DNA of 5,629 nucleotides from a virus (Duplodnaviria; Heunggongvirae; Uroviricota; Caudoviricetes): IMG/VR virus record IMGVR_UViG_2660238352_000003; one strand, 5' to 3'. Shown piece by piece: positions 4,822 to 5,629 of this stretch (position 1 is its first letter; each line of letters starts with the position of its first letter). The notes under the pieces were generated by a model. It saw only the letters and a program-made list of their open reading frames with translations, ran no database searches and was not told where the DNA came from. The position numbers and the translations under genes were made by a program.

Positions 4822-5358
4822 ATGTCATTTATTAAAACTTTTTCCGGGAAGCATTTTTATTATGACAGGATAAATAAAGACGACATCGTGATTAACGATA
4901 TCGCGGTTTCCCTTTCAAATATCTGTCGCTTTGCAGGACATCTTTCACACTTCTACAGCGTCGCCCAACATGCGGTGCTTTGCAGCCAGCTGGTACCGCA
5001 GGAATTTGCTTTTGAAGCGTTAATGCATGATGCAACAGAAGCGTATTGCCAGGACATCCCAGCTCCACTGAAACGCCTTCTTCCTGACTATAAACGGATG
5101 GAAGAAAAAATAGACGCCGTAATCCGTGAGAAATACGGGTTACCTCCTGTTATGAGCACGCCTGTGAAATATGCCGATCTCATTATGCTGGCAACCGAAC
5201 GTCGCGATCTCGGGCTTGATGATGGCTCTTTCTGGCCTGTACTGGAAGGTATCCCGGCGACAGAGATGTTCAAAGTTATTCCACTGTCACCAGGCCATGC
5301 CTACGGGATGTTTATGGAACGTTTTAACGAGTTATCGGAGTTACGCACATGCGCATGA
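4822..5358 (+). CDS. yfdR: HD-domain 5'-deoxynucleotidase, YfdR-like (178 aa)
   Basis: ORF track frame 4759..5358. The internal ATG at 4822 is preceded by GGAG (4812-4815) and gives MSFIKTFSGKHFYYD..., 178 aa, matching recalled K-12 YfdR. HD-domain signature residues are present (GHLSHF..., ALMHDATEAY, downstream Asp residues). Confidence 0.8.
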   Translation: MSFIKTFSGKHFYYDRINKDDIVINDIAVSLSNICRFAGHLSHFYSVAQHAVLCSQLVPQEFAFEALMHDATEAYCQDIPAPLKRLLPDYKRMEEKIDAVIREKYGLPPVMSTPVKYADLIMLATERRDLGLDDGSFWPVLEGIPATEMFKVIPLSPGHAYGMFMERFNELSELRTCA

Positions 5359-5397
5359 GTCTTTCAACTGAACAACCGCTGGAGGGGTAGCAATGAG

Positions 5398-5629
5398 GTA
5401 AGCGACTCGTCAGAACCGTATTGATATTTACTGAGAGCTCAGATCAACTTTCCAGGGCAACAGATCGCGTACCCGGTTTGCCGGCCAGTCCTGGATATGT
5501 TCAATGACGTAACGCAGCCACTTTTCTGGCTCCACATTGTTCAGACGGCATGTGCCGATCAGCGAGTACAACACCGCCGCATGTTCACCACCGCTGTCGG
5601 AACCCGCGAACATCCAGTTTTTCCGGCCT
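5398..5629 (-). mobile_element. IS66-family insertion sequence, terminal part (element continues beyond the window end)
   Basis: The plus strand reads GTAAGCG at 5398-5404, the characteristic IS66-family terminus as I recall it. It lies 30 bp beyond the stop of a minus-strand ORF whose product matches the conserved C-terminus of IS66 transposases. The exact boundary is not verified. Confidence 0.7.
5428..5629 (-). CDS. IS66-family transposase, C-terminal fragment (N-terminus outside the window)
   Basis: ORF track 5428..5613 (-); the frame stays open upstream to the window edge (...GRKNW before MFAGSDSGGEHAAVLYSLIGTCRLNNVEPEKWLRYVIEHIQDWPANRVRDLLPWKV). The motif FAGSDSGGE...YSLIGT...LLPW is the conserved IS66 transposase C-terminus. 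Confidence 0.85.
   Translation of the reverse strand, partial: GRKNWMFAGSDSGGEHAAVLYSLIGTCRLNNVEPEKWLRYVIEHIQDWPANRVRDLLPWKVDLSSQ

Noticed and set aside
5088-5371. Minus ORF 5088..5273 and plus ORF 5171..5371 overlapping yfdR
   Set aside because: Alternative or antisense frames of the HD-domain gene, which has clear motif support.
1-5629. CRISPR arrays, tRNA or rRNA genes, integrase or att site
   Set aside because: No spacer-repeat periodicity, no cloverleaf-compatible conserved tRNA features and no integrase-like ORF were found in this window.

Overview
This window looks like the immunity and early region of a lambdoid prophage from an Escherichia-like enterobacterium, with the gene content of the CPS-53/KpLE1 family (yfdP-yfdQ-yfdR recognised from memory, not searched). 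A leftward operon on the minus strand runs PR-like promoter -> Cro-like HTH protein -> 192-aa protein in the cII position -> 382-aa protein with a Rha domain -> a further gene that runs off the window start. The last three are joined by ATGA stop/start overlaps. A cI-like repressor with an HTH and a LexA-type S24 autopeptidase domain is transcribed divergently and ends in a clear intrinsic terminator. Downstream, a PL-like promoter that mirrors PR (same hexamers, same 18-bp operator) precedes a ~335-nt structured leader and then yfdP, yfdQ and yfdR. An IS66-family element (transposase C-terminus on the minus strand) is inserted just after yfdR and runs off the window end. No tRNA, rRNA or CRISPR was seen. 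The points most worth follow-up are the tripartite OR-like and bipartite OL-like operator sets, the long leader with a boxA-like motif and a 16-bp long-range stem where an N-type antiterminator would normally sit, the uncharacterised yfdP/yfdQ pair, and an iteron-like repeat cluster with an internal strong RBS inside the 382-aa ORF. All calls are from reading the sequence and recalled family features; no database search was possible.
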